Shown here: piece by piece, positions 39,345-51,396 of the stretch
How positions within the stretch are numbered: position 1 is the stretch's first letter
How the letters are laid out: every line of letters starts with the position of its first letter
Origin: Eledone cirrhosa
Lineage: Eukaryota
Length of the DNA: 64,000 bases
Direction of reading: 5' to 3'
NCBI GenBank assembly: GCA_964016885.1
Contig: OZ024742.1
Location: 75,020,001-75,084,000 of the forward strand
The notes under the pieces: generated by a model
Database searches by the model: none
What the model was told of the DNA's origin: nothing
The model's input: only the letters and a program-made list of their open reading frames with translations
Made by a program: the position numbers and the translations under genes

Positions 39345-40780
39345 GGTTTCTTTATTAGCCACACAGGGCTCATATTAAGCAAACAATAGAGGTGGTACAG
39401 GATGATACATGGGTTTTTGTGTGTAAAAAATATTATAACAAAACTAAAAAAATAAACATTTAGAAAACCAACCAAACAAAACTAATTCCACAAATTGGGT
39501 GGATGGGGTAGGAGACTTCTGAAGGTCACACGTGAAGAAAACTCGCAACAAGACATGGTCCTGACTGCTAGGGTAAATGCCTTCTCACAATTGTCCTCTA
39601 ATTTGCAAGCACATACTCAGAGGAAGCCTGTTCACTTGTGCCATCCTCATGATTCTCATTAACCTTTCAAGAAGCTGGTTGGAAGGCAGCATTTCCCTAT
39701 CCTCACTGACCTCTTCTTCAAATGAAACTTTCAAAAGTTAACCAGGGTTTCACTGAAGAGGAAATTGCTTGTCTTCAAATATATCAAAGGCGTCCGCCAC
39801 ACTTTTTCGTTCGCCATGACAACTAAACAAACATGTAAAAATTGTCTGTCCTTACTGGCAAAAGGAAGACGGTTTTGTGATATTCATGATGGACTCAGGT
39901 GATAGCTGGATCCATCCTGCAGGTGTTCGACATAAATCCACATGTCAGCAATATTTGGACATTGGAGGAGTGTGTGCAGAAATGTTTCGTCACCTTGCGC
40001 GCATCTTGGACAGGTCTGGCTGATGAAACTTCTATGTCTGTAGAATTATCTCGAACTGGTAATGCTCCTTTGTCGTACTGCTAGGCCAGGGATCTCTGGA
40101 AGATTTTCCAAGAACCCTGGGCCTAAAGTTCTCTGGAAAAGGTTGGCTAGTTGATTTTCGTCAACACCCAGAGTGTCTCCAAGAACGTCGTCACTTTCAG
40201 CCGCCACTACCTCTATAGAACGCCAAGATGGAGTTTCAACTGATCATACTGCCCTATTGATTGAGGGATGTGAGCACTTGAAGACGTTCTAGTTTTCAAG
40301 CGCTCCTTCTCGGTCTCGCTTTGCCCAGTAATGTAGCACTGTGTAGGATACAAGCTGGGAAAAACCATATCTATCAAACGGTGGCCATACCTGTTCACCG
40401 CCAAGGAAAAGCTGGAGATGTCGTAGCTTCAACGCATGTTTGCATATCATCAGCCATGTTTATGTTTCTTTTTGTTAGTTTTGCATTTGTTGTTGTAGAT
40501 GTGGGTTTGTTTGTGTTTGGGATATTGTTGGTGATTGTGGTGTCTGTTATGATGTTGATGAATGTGGTGGTAGGGTTGCTATAGGTGTTGACACTAGTTA
40601 CCTCAGGGATTTGGCCTTTCCCAATCCTTTTATGAAGGCGAAACCAGAGAGTTTTCCTTTTTTCCTTTTTGTGGATGACGGTTTGCCACTCTACACCCTC
40701 ATCACAATTCATATCCAATTGTGTAGCGTCGGGTGGCGACATTTCTTCCACACACGTTGGTGTTGGTTATGGAACACTGA
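39345..40780 (-). mobile_element. Old Tx1-clade copy H: ORF1 fragment fused to the 3' part of ORF2
   Basis: ORF 40395..40751 PDATQLDMNCDEGVEWQTVIHKK (ORF1 motif) joined near 40455 to the WLMM region of ORF2; 3' end CCCTGTGTGGCTAATAAAGAAACCATT. Confidence 0.8.
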
Positions 40781-40799
40781 GAATCCACACTCGATGCAT

Positions 40800-43700
40800 G
40801 AGTAGCCTCTGAATTCTCAACAAGTTGGAGTATGTATACCAATTTCGAGAAAGCGTATTGAAGATACCATCAACTCCAAGAGATATTGATAAGATATTAT
40901 CTATCCTTTCCTAGGCCATCTTAGTGAAAGTGAAATTAATAATGCCTATTTTTAACAAGATGGGGCTTCAGCGTTTCACTTCTCGCGCTACCATGGCGTT
41001 ACTTCAAGAGCTCTTTGCTGAGCGGATTATTTCGAAGGAACTTTGGCCCCAAAGATCAACTGATTTGACACTGCCAGATTTCTTTTTCCGGGGAGCTGCA
41101 AAAGGATCGGTGTACGAGAATCGACCGAAAACAACGAACTGAAAAATACACTCATAACCTACGCTCGCATGTGTGCGTGCTGAACTCTGGGTCTTTCCGC
41201 TGTTTTCTTCCTTTTTTCTTTTTTTTTTTCGTAAATTCATCCATTTATTCATTTGCTAACATTCTACCTTCCTATGTGTTCCCCTCCATGCACCCCTCTT
41301 TTCTCTCTTCTCTTCTGACGCCTTCATATCTGATGTAGGTCAGTTATGAGGACCTCTTATCAGCACTTTCCTTTCCACCCACACACGCCAGCCACTCCCC
41401 CCTGATGCCGCTCGGTGTCCCAGTCCCCGGCCCCACAAGCCGACACCTGCAGCACTTGCAGCACCACGAAGAGACGGAAGAGGGGCCGGAACTGTTCGGG
41501 GTGCGACTGCTTCACCTGTGTTGGCTTGACGCGTCGAGCTTCCAGAGTCCTCGCAGCGTGGAGATGCAGAAACTGTCTCTTCCCCTCGTCTGTCCAACCA
41601 CGGCCGTCTCGCACACCACCAGATGAGACAGCGAGCTTGCCCGACGCCCAAGCCTCGCTGGTCAACATCGCTCGGCTCAGGCGGCTCCGGAAAATCCCAC
41701 TCAGGATCCCGAGAGCGGCCCGAGTGCCGGTAGCCGATGCCCTCGCTTCCTCGAGTGAGAGCGCCCTGGACCCTCATGCCCAAGGCCTCTTTTTTCGACT
41801 AGTCTCACCGCTCTCAGGAAGAAAGAGAATGGCATACGCCGCATCGCTGTGGGCAATGTCTTCCGGCGGCTGGCTGCCAAGGTGGTCTACAGGTCCATAA
41901 CACCCGAACTGGGTGAGGAGTTCAGTCCGGTCCAACTGGGTGTCGGCGTGTCCGGTGGCTGTGAGGGGGCCGCACATACAACCAGGCAGTTCTTCAACAG
42001 CTGCCCACCGGAATCGGCATCCAGGGACTCCAGGCACCTCATTGTCAAGCTTGACATGAGGAATGGCTTTAACTGCTTATGCCGGGACCATCTGCTCGAT
42101 GCTTACCTCAGCCGAGCCCCCCCCCCCTCCGGCCTATCCGCTGGTCTACCTTTCGTATGGAGCCCCGAGCATGCCCCTTGCTGCTGATACGGTCATATCT
42201 TCGGCCACTGGGGTCCAACATGGTAACCTCTTGGGGCCCCTCCTGTTTGCCCTTGGTATAGACAACATCGGCCGGAGTATCATGGCACCCTCAACGTTTG
42301 GTATCTGGATGATGGTACGTTGGGCGGGCCCGTATAGACTGTCAGCCATGACCTACAATCGGTGGTTCCTGCCCTGGCTGGAATCGGCCTCCAGGTCAAC
42401 TCGGCCAAGTCGAAGGTGGTGAATGTCAGCCACGATGCTTAGAGGTTTTCAGCCTCCGTCTCGAACGTGCTGTCCATTCTCCACCAGGTACAGGTGATCC
42501 CCAAAGAGGATGTCTTCATCCTCGGGTCACCGATCCACCCGCCGGATATCCGCTTCACCATCAGGTCCAGGCTTCAACAACTCCAGACCCTCACGAGCCG
42601 ACTGGGCTTGATCGACGGTCACCCAGCTCTCTTTCTGTTGAGGAACTGCTTCGCCATGCCGAAGCCCCTCTATACCCTTCGTAGCGCTCCGTGCTACACC
42701 CACGCATCTCTCCTCGCTGACCTCGATACTTGTATCCGAGCAGCAGCCGAGGAGATATGCAACGTTAGGTTTGACGACAACAGGCCACTTTACCTGTCAG
42801 GTATGGCGGTCTTGGTCTCCGGTCCACGATCTCACTAGCTTTGCCGGTGTTTCTTTCGTCGGTAACCTTATGCTGCGTCCTCGTCAGCAGCGTTCTCCAA
42901 AACACAATAGAACCCCCTGTGTTCAGAGAACGTGAGCCGCCTGTGAGACGTGGGACCGGCTGGGACTTAGCCCAGTAGACGTTCCTCCTCCTTCTCCCTC
43001 TGCTGACGTCAAGTCCCCCCAAAGCACTTGGGATGCCATCCAGTGCAGCCTGGCTTTAGACAGGCTCACGCGCCAGCTCGACCAGTACCGCCTTGCCTGT
43101 TTTCGTGCGGCCTCCAAACCCCATGTCCCCTTCTCCACTGGCACGCAGCTAGACAACGATAGCCTGCGTATCGGCGTTTCCTTGAGGCTCGGCCTCCGGA
43201 TCTGCCAGCCACACCAATGTCGCTGTGGATCCACCGTGGACTCTTTCGGCCTCCACAAGCTTTCCTGTCGCCACTGTGCTGGCTGCCTTCCACGCCATGT
43301 TTCTCTCAGCGAGGTCATAAAGCATGGCTTGGACACTGCAGGCTTCCCTTCCCAGCTCGAGCCGGTGGGGCTGAACCGAGGGGACGGCAAAAGGCCAGAT
43401 GGCACGACCATCTTCCCATTCCGCGGTGGCAAACTCCTCGTCTGGGATGCCACTTGCACCGTCAATTTCTGCAGCCGCAACCTGGTGCAGTCTGCGACTA
43501 ACCCAGGTTCTGTTGCACGTCGGGCTGAGGAGGCCAAACTCCTCAAATACCGGTCGCTCTCCGACAGGTTTGCGGTTGTACCCTTGGCAGTGGAGACTTC
43601 TGGTGTCCTCGGCCCTAGGGTTACCTCCCTACTCACCACCATAGGCGCTGAGCTGGCCAGACGCAGGTGTGAGCCGCGCGAGTTGGAGTGGCTTTTCCAG

Positions 43701-44105
43701 CGCGTCTCCCATGCCGTCCTCCGGGGAAACGCCTTCTCCATTCTGTCCACCGGGGCCGTGGGGGAGACAACCCGATTATATTACGAATTCTGTTGAATAG
43801 TCTTAAATACGTTTACTTGAGTTCAGTTTGGAACTATAATTTAGTTCAAATGAAATAAATAAACCAATTTCTCAACTTTCTTCACAATTCTTCAGATGTA
43901 AACCTTCACAGGTTCCATAGCATGTAATATTCTCCAAGATGTGTTTCAAAACAGGTGTAACAGTGTCACGTCACATATTGAAAATGAAGGACGAACACCT
44001 CTTATTAAGTCTTATAAAGTCTTATAAAGTATTTTGTTTTTATTTCGCATTTCGTTTCATATTAATAAAATACTCACTATGGAGAGACTTCTTTAGCACC
44101 CTGTA
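40800..44105 (+). mobile_element. Tc1/mariner-superfamily transposase relic, split by a CRE insertion; right TIR end CACCCTG|TA
   Basis: IF.QDGA, IISKELWPQRSTDLTLPDFFF.G..K.SVY (WPxRSPDL motif); frame ELKNTLI|TFTGSIACNILQDVFQN resumes at 43901; CACCCTGTA at 44097-44105. Confidence 0.75.
41161..43900 (+). mobile_element. CRE-clade non-LTR retrotransposon (RT + RLE), degenerate and internally deleted
   Basis: GIRRIAVGNVFRRLAAK, QLGVGVSGGCE, VKLDMRNGFN, GVQHGNLLGPLLF, YLDDG; C-terminal CxC..H.LSC..RH, GKRPDG..LVWDATC; AACCT duplicated at 41156-41160 / 43901-43905. Confidence 0.88.
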
Positions 44106-44115
44106 TGTATGTATC

Positions 44116-44216
<101 letters not shown>

Positions 44217-44368
44217 CTGCAATTCGTTAGATTCATTGAATGAGCTAGACGATGGCAAGAGGATGCTGTATTAATACCAGCGACCTTCGTTAATTTTGTT
44301 ATATACATATATATATACTTTGGCTACGTACACCTAATCAATTTATTCATGGTGTCAACTTATATAAC

Positions 44369-44460
44369 TCTGGGTGAGAAATTTATTTTCGCACCTTTGA
44401 GTGCTTTGTGACTGCCTCAAACAATTCGATTCGAGAAACAGCTTCGATTTATACCTAATA

Positions 44461-44509
<49 letters not shown>

Positions 44510-44510
44510 C

Positions 44511-44544
<34 letters not shown>

Positions 44545-44558
44545 TATATGGGTGAGAA

Positions 44559-44600
<42 letters not shown>

Positions 44601-44689
44601 GGGTGAGAAATTTATTTTCGCACCTTTGAGTGCTTTGTGACTGCCTCAAACAATTCGATTCGAGAAACAGCTTCGATTTATACCTAATA

Positions 44690-44780
<91 letters not shown>

Positions 44781-44781
44781 C

Positions 44782-44800
<19 letters not shown>
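44369..44800. repeat. ~97-bp unit duplicated within (TA)n (44369-44465 and 44598-44695)
   Basis: Identical copies separated by TA repeats and a 14-bp stub at about 44550. Confidence 0.85.
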
Positions 44801-44822
<22 letters not shown>

Positions 44823-44850
44823 GTATTTATATATATATATATATATATAT

Positions 44851-45061
44851 GCTCACCGACATCCAGAGTTGACATTGCACTCAGTGCTCCTTTGGGAGCC
44901 CCTACATGGACACACTAGAAGAGGAAGACCAAGGTTAACATATGTTGATGCCCTAAGGACAGACACTGGTGTGTTGGAGATGCAGGATATGGCAGCGATA
45001 ATGAGGGACAGAGACCGCTGGAGAGAACTCGTCCATGGATCTCGGGAATTTTACCCGCCTT

Positions 45062-45063
<2 letters not shown>
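44851..45063 (+). mobile_element. 3' end of an RTE/RTEX-like LINE in (TA)n
   Basis: [29 protein letters not shown]; the stop TAG is directly followed by (TA)n. Confidence 0.8.
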
Positions 45064-45103
<40 letters not shown>

Positions 45104-45204
45104 ATGTATATATAATGTATTTTGCAATACACTTTATGCTTAATTAAAAGCATTTTGAAGACCGTAAGCTATTGTTTTAAAGTAGTGACAAATTCACTCA
45201 CTTT

Positions 45205-45297
45205 GATCTCAGCAAACAGGGGAGATAAACCGACAAGACTTGTTTCGCTTTGGTTGAAGCTTATCAAGGCCAACTACCCCACCTGTTTACTGAGATC
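45205..45297 (-). ncRNA. Type I hammerhead ribozyme, U3-A8 core variant
   Basis: Reverse complement of 45675-45767. Confidence 0.85.
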
Positions 45298-45674
45298 ATT
45301 GATGTTATATTCTTATAGAAATCTAGTAAATAATCAGGAGCTGATTATGCAGAGCGGTTGTTGGTCAGGCAGAAATTAAAAATTAGAATTGGAGCTCTGA
45401 AATAGCAATATATATATGGATGTATATATAATGTCCCTGTTTGCTGAGATCAAAGTGAGTGAATTTGTCACTACTTTAAAACAATAGCTTACGGTCTTCA
45501 AAATGCTTTTAATTAAGCATAAAGTGTATTGCAAAATACATTATATATACATCCATATATATATTGCTATTTCAGAGCTCCAATTCTAATTTTTAATTTC
45601 TGCCTGACCAACAACCGCTCTGCATAATCAGCTCCTGATTATTTACTAGATTTCTATAAGAATATAACATCAAT

Positions 45675-45767
45675 GATCTCAGTAAACAGGTGGGGTAGTT
45701 GGCCTTGATAAGCTTCAACCAAAGCGAAACAAGTCTTGTCGGTTTATCTCCCCTGTTTGCTGAGATC
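45675..45767 (+). ncRNA. Type I hammerhead ribozyme, U3-A8 core variant; predicted cleavage after GUC at 45740
   Basis: GGCC-TTGATAA-GCTT-CAACCA-AAGC-GAA-ACAA-GTC-TTGT-C-GGTT, plus a long distal stem I GATCTCAG..CTGAGATC. Confidence 0.87.
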
Positions 45768-45899
45768 AAAGTGAGTAAATTTGTCACTACTTTAAAACAA
45801 TAGCTTACGGTCTTCAAAATGCTTTTAATTAAGCATAAAGTGTATTGCAAAATACATTATATATACATCCATATATATATTGCTATTTCAGAGCTCCAA

Positions 45900-45930
<31 letters not shown>

Positions 45931-45935
<5 letters not shown>

Positions 45936-46518
45936 CATGAGAAGAATGAATACTGCGTGGTTGCACATGGGTTACATATGATAAAAATAGTCCTTCATCA
46001 GTGATTTTCCAACCTTCATTGGTATTTCATCGCTTTAAAAATCATATACCTCCAGTTGGTGCGAGCAATAGCTAAATAAAGCTATTGGGACAAGTAAATC
46101 GCGTAAAGCGAGCGAGACAAATAAACAAACATAGAGGGATAGCAACGCAAAGATAGGAAAAAACAAGCACATGGGAGTCCGATCAGCTTAAGCTGTGTGG
46201 ATTTCATGATCGAGAGACAGCAGACCGTCCGACGCGAGTGAGGTGTGAGCAAGAAAGGACCCCACTTCAGGCCAAACGGGAGGAAGTGAGAAGGGGAGAA
46301 GCAGAGAGTGAGTGAGTGGAAGTGCGAGGAAGAAGCCAGTCGAGAGAAAGTGTAACTGACAGAGGGGCGAAAGAAGGCGAGAGAAACAGAGAGAAGGGGG
46401 AAGCAGTAAGAGAGAAATAGACAAACGCAGCTGGGGAAAATATATATAAAAAACATGAGAAGAATGAATACTGCGTGGTTGCACATGGGTTACATATGAT
46501 AAAAATAGTCCTTCATCA

Positions 46519-46523
<5 letters not shown>
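45931..46523 (-). mobile_element. 518-bp-period element in (TA)n with a 75-bp terminal direct repeat containing a half hammerhead core
   Basis: 45931-46005 = 46449-46523; minus strand CTGATGA-AGGAC-TAT without the partner GTCC-GAAA. Confidence 0.6.
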
Positions 46524-46608
<85 letters not shown>

Positions 46609-46624
46609 GTGTGTGTGTGTATTC

Positions 46625-46945
46625 TTATACTTGGCGAGGGTCATATTGTTGTAATAATATTGCCAGAATTAATAACAGAATACACTCACTGTTTGGTTGG
46701 TTTTCGCTTCTGTAGCTTTTATATGTTATTTCATTCGGTCCTAAATGTTTACCATTGACTGACCAACGGTCAAAAATACAGATATAATATAGATATAAAC
46801 ACATATATATAGTCTAACAAAGTTTTTTCGTCGCACATCTGCAACATCGTCAGTGGTGCTATTATGTTCCTCCTGTTGTATTGTATATTTACGCCATCTT
46901 TATTTAATCTGTTTATTTCAACAATATGACTCTCCCCAAGTATAA
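46625..46945. mobile_element. Element bounded by 33-bp inverted repeats, with a degenerate hammerhead-like motif (46826-46853, -)
   Basis: IR 46625-46657 / 46913-46945; CTGACGA-T-GTTGCA-GATG-TGCGAC-GAAA, but stems I and III do not pair. Confidence 0.5.
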
Positions 46946-47217
46946 CAATATTTCGTTCGACACGATTTCATATAAAAAATCTCGCAAAACAAATATATAT
47001 ATGTGCATATAATTTTATTTTAGGAGAGTAGATCTCACAAAACAGGGAAAGAAAGAGACAGGGGGAAGGAAAGAGACAGAGGGAACGAGAAAGAGAGAGA
47101 AACGGGAAATAACTTCTTTCCTTCACTGCAAATGAAAGCTACAACACACAGTACTAGCAAATAAACAACAACAAAAGCAACAACTAACATTAGTGTCAGC
47201 AGCGTCATCATCGTCAT

Positions 47218-47462
47218 AATAGAAGTAGTAGTATAAGTAGTAGTAGTATAAGTAGTAGTGGTGGTGGTGGTAGTAGTAGTATAAGTAGTACTAGCTGTAG
47301 TAGTAGTATAGGTAGTGGTAGTTTAAGTAGTAATAATAGTATTATACGTAGTAGTACAAATAGTAGTATAAATAGTAGTACAAATAGTAGTATAAGTAGT
47401 AATAGTGGTGGTAGTAGTAGTAGTGTAAGTAGTAGTATAAGTAGTAGTATAAGTAGTAGTAT

Positions 47463-47500
<38 letters not shown>
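47218..47500. repeat. Imperfect (AGT)n microsatellite
   Basis: Direct reading. Confidence 0.93.
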
Positions 47501-47501
<1 letters not shown>

Positions 47502-48005
47502 AGCGCAAAAACATCTGCAAGACAAAAATATTTATTAACAACATGCGAAGTCTTGGAAATATGTCATCAATAAAATGGAAGTCGTTAATTCCCAATGACA
47601 GATAATTGTTTGACAGATAATAATCAACAATATTAACTGTGCTTTTATTCTCTCATCACATTTTATCACCCCTTCTTTTCATCTTTCTGTCTGTGTATTT
47701 GTCTTTCTCTCCAGCTCCCAATAAGCTATGTTCTTTTGTTATATTTTAGCTGAAATTCTTATCGTTATAGTCTGACGCTTATATATATATATATATGAGT
47801 TTTGAGTAATGATAGCCAAATGATGGTTGCATACAAAATGAAACGTGGCTATTTATTCTACCAAACATGAAATTAATATAAAAGTATTAACGCATATACA
47901 GATATCGTTTAGACATTTCTTATTCTTGTTTGTTGTTTAGCCTACGTCTGAACAGATCATGTAGACCTATAATCAAAGCATATTTGACGTGGAAAGCACC
48001 AGTTA

Positions 48006-48304
<299 letters not shown>

Positions 48305-48379
48305 TGGTGAGTGTGTTTATAACGGTTATCGACATCACATTTCCGTAACTGGTGTAACCAATTGTTGAAGGGTCACTTT

Positions 48380-48748
48380 AGATGTTTTCGCAGTCACAAT
48401 CAGCACTGGTATCTACACTCTATCATGCGAAGAAGGGCCACGGTGATTTGACCTGTCCAGTTCTTGATGTTGGATCAATATTTTCTTTACCTTATCTTCG
48501 TTCTGCCTCAATGTGCCCTGAAAGATGGTTTTAGACATGGAAACGTGCAGGATACACGGCAAGATTACGTCTTGTTATCATAGCAAGGAGTGGCCCCTGT
48601 CTACCAGTATATTTGTTGACTTGCTGCCTGAGAAAACTGTTTGTCACGTGCTCTGTGTACAGGATGTGTGGCAGACTTCTGATGCACTTGGGTTTTGACG
48701 TCAGGATTCTTTGTTCCACGTCGGCTGTAAGAGTCTAGCTTTCACACA
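48380..48748 (-). mobile_element. RTE (BovB-like) LINE 3' relic
   Basis: EQRI..KC.R.L.HILYTEHVTN..LRQQV..G.Q.PLL..RR.L and TI.QG (RTE C-terminus). Confidence 0.7.
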
Positions 48749-49112
48749 CAACTGCCGGACTTTGAAAACAGGTGAAGATATATAATTTTTTCGTCTGTGT
48801 AAATGAGGTGATTAATCTTATTTGCATAAGTTAGATCAACTTAACATAGAGTAGAATTAGAATTTAGCTTCGAAAATAGCTGTATACAAATATGGCTTTC
48901 TAAATGTTTATTTATAAACATACCACATTTCTTTAGAAATACGAAATTCAAATACATATTTGTATACAGCTATGTTCAAAGCTAAATTCTAATTCTATTC
49001 TATATCAAGTTGAGCCAGTTTATACAGCTTCATGTGCAAATGAGATTAATCACCTCATTTACACAGATGAAAAACCTATATATTTTCACCTGTTTTCAAA
49101 GTCCGGCAGTTG
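48749..49112. mobile_element. Foldback/MITE-like element with ~145-bp imperfect inverted arms
   Basis: CAACTGCCGGACTTTGAAAACAGG .. CCTGTTTTCAAAGTCCGGCAGTTG; central part duplicated again at about 49232-49329. Confidence 0.7.
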
Positions 49113-49346
49113 CAAGAGCGGGAGAGATTGTCATAACGGGAACCAGTTGAGTTCGAAATACATCAATAATTGTTCCCCTTGCTTCTGCCGAGCACCGCTT
49201 GGTGACGTTAACTGTTAGTGTCATTCATAGGTATGGCTTTCTAAATGTATATTTATAAACATATCGTATTTATTTAGAAATACGAAATTCAAATACATAT
49301 TTGTATACAGGTATGTTCGAAGCTAAATTGGGGTCCCGATTCTTTT

Positions 49347-49385
<39 letters not shown>

Positions 49386-50554
49386 GCAAACAGTATACAC
49401 AGCATCCCCCTCACACACATACACAATATATACACTTGTACACTCTAATGGATAGCCATTGACGCACGACAATTTCTCCGCCTTTTGACAAGGTTTGCTT
49501 TTCTTCCCGCAGTATGCCCCAAAATCCTCATCAAGCATGCTTGGCGTTGTTAACTATTTAATCACGACGACCTGACCATGTGACAAGTTGCACTTGGTTA
49601 CATGTTACCAGTAGCATCCGCGAGCGATTTGTTATTTACAAAGGTTATAACTGATTCATCGCTTGAACTCTGGGATAATTAGTGGTATTGCTTTATTGGC
49701 ATTTTGTTTTCTCTGTTATTATAAATGCAACAAAGAAAATAATTCTTAAAGACGTGTGGATATTATGCAAATATATAAATCGGGGTATAGAGTTATATAG
49801 AACATAAGAATTAAAACAACAACAAAAACAATTCTGTGCTGTTCTCTTTTTGTGCCAGTTGCTATCGAAACCTTCGGTATCGGTGCTCCCCGCGCTACCA
49901 TTTTCTTTCCTAAAAGTTGAAAGAGCGCATCTCATTTGAGAAAGCAGGCCTGTGATACAGCAGGTTCCATCGGCTGTTTTCTGCACAATGCTGTCGATCT
50001 CTTTCTCGTGGCTGCAGCTGACAGTAGAGATTACGCTTACACTCAGCGTTTGCTCCTTCCAAATTTCTCCGTTCCTTATTTATATTAGGGGTGTCATAGA
50101 AATTAGTAAAATCATGCAGACAAGTATATAATCCGAATCCTAGGACCTGTTACTCATCATACAAAAAAAAACAAAAACAACAACAACAACAAAAAAAGCA
50201 TCAAAAAACATTACAAGATTACACAGATTATTGTCAATTAAATAGAAAACACAAAACACTGCATGTGTCCTAGCTACGCTCTGTAGGGAAATGAAAGCAC
50301 GTTGAAACTCCCCACCCCCAAACACATAATAGAAATAATTGCAAAAAATAATAGAAATAATTACAAACGTCGCTTGGACCAACTTTACATTTCTTCCGTG
50401 TTAAAAGATATAAGTATTGAATATGTTAAAGTTTCTAACAAACTAGATTTTTTTTATCAGAGTTAGGAATAATATTATATACGAGTCTTCCGCTTGTAGT
50501 TACACAAGATTTATTTAACACACATGCCTATATCTATCTATCTGTCTCTCTATA

Positions 50555-50630
<76 letters not shown>

Positions 50631-50674
50631 ATATATATATATATACATATGAAATGAACGTTAACAAGTTAATT

Positions 50675-50762
<88 letters not shown>

Positions 50763-50892
50763 GAACGTTAACAAGTTAATTATATATATATATAATATAT
50801 ATATATATACACATATATATATGCATACATACACATATACATAGATATACATAGGTATATATCTACATACCTATGTATGTACATATATATAC

Positions 50893-50926
<34 letters not shown>

Positions 50927-50950
50927 ATATATATACATACATATCTACAC

Positions 50951-51031
<81 letters not shown>

Positions 51032-51339
51032 TGGACGACTGTGAGGTACGTATACATTAAGCCAAATTCTTGAAAACAATGATAGTGATTATAGTGATAA
51101 AAACAACAAAAACAAAAACACCTGAAAAAAAAAACGTAATAAAATGTTTGAGATAAATTCCTAGTTTGACAGTACTATGTAGAAGAAAGAATCTTATGTA
51201 GAAGCAATTTAGCGAGTCGTTTGTCTTCGATTGATGTCGGCATCCTAGGAAATAGATCGATATATTGACTGAGATACAGTTTCTTTTGATGAATTCTCAT
51301 CGAATTTCCACAAGAAACCATTGCATATATGCATTTCCT

Positions 51340-51396
<57 letters not shown>

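Larger units (their letters stand above)
45100..45906. mobile_element. Retrozyme-like locus 1: 316-bp unit in partial tandem and inverted arrangement
   Basis: Period 45564 to 45880; inversion point 45433/45434; a hammerhead in each full unit. Confidence 0.8.

Noticed and set aside
45122-45850. Identical 85-aa ORFs on both strands
   Set aside because: By-product of the inverted 316-bp unit; TTG start, antisense to the ribozyme, not kept in loci 2 and 3
49820-50080. Non-repetitive, GC-richer stretch as a host exon or enhancer
   Set aside because: No recognisable ORF, splice pattern or motif; needs conservation or expression data
50649-50790. Duplicated GAAATGAACGTTAACAAGTTAATTA in (TA)n
   Set aside because: Simple local duplication or assembly slippage; no structure
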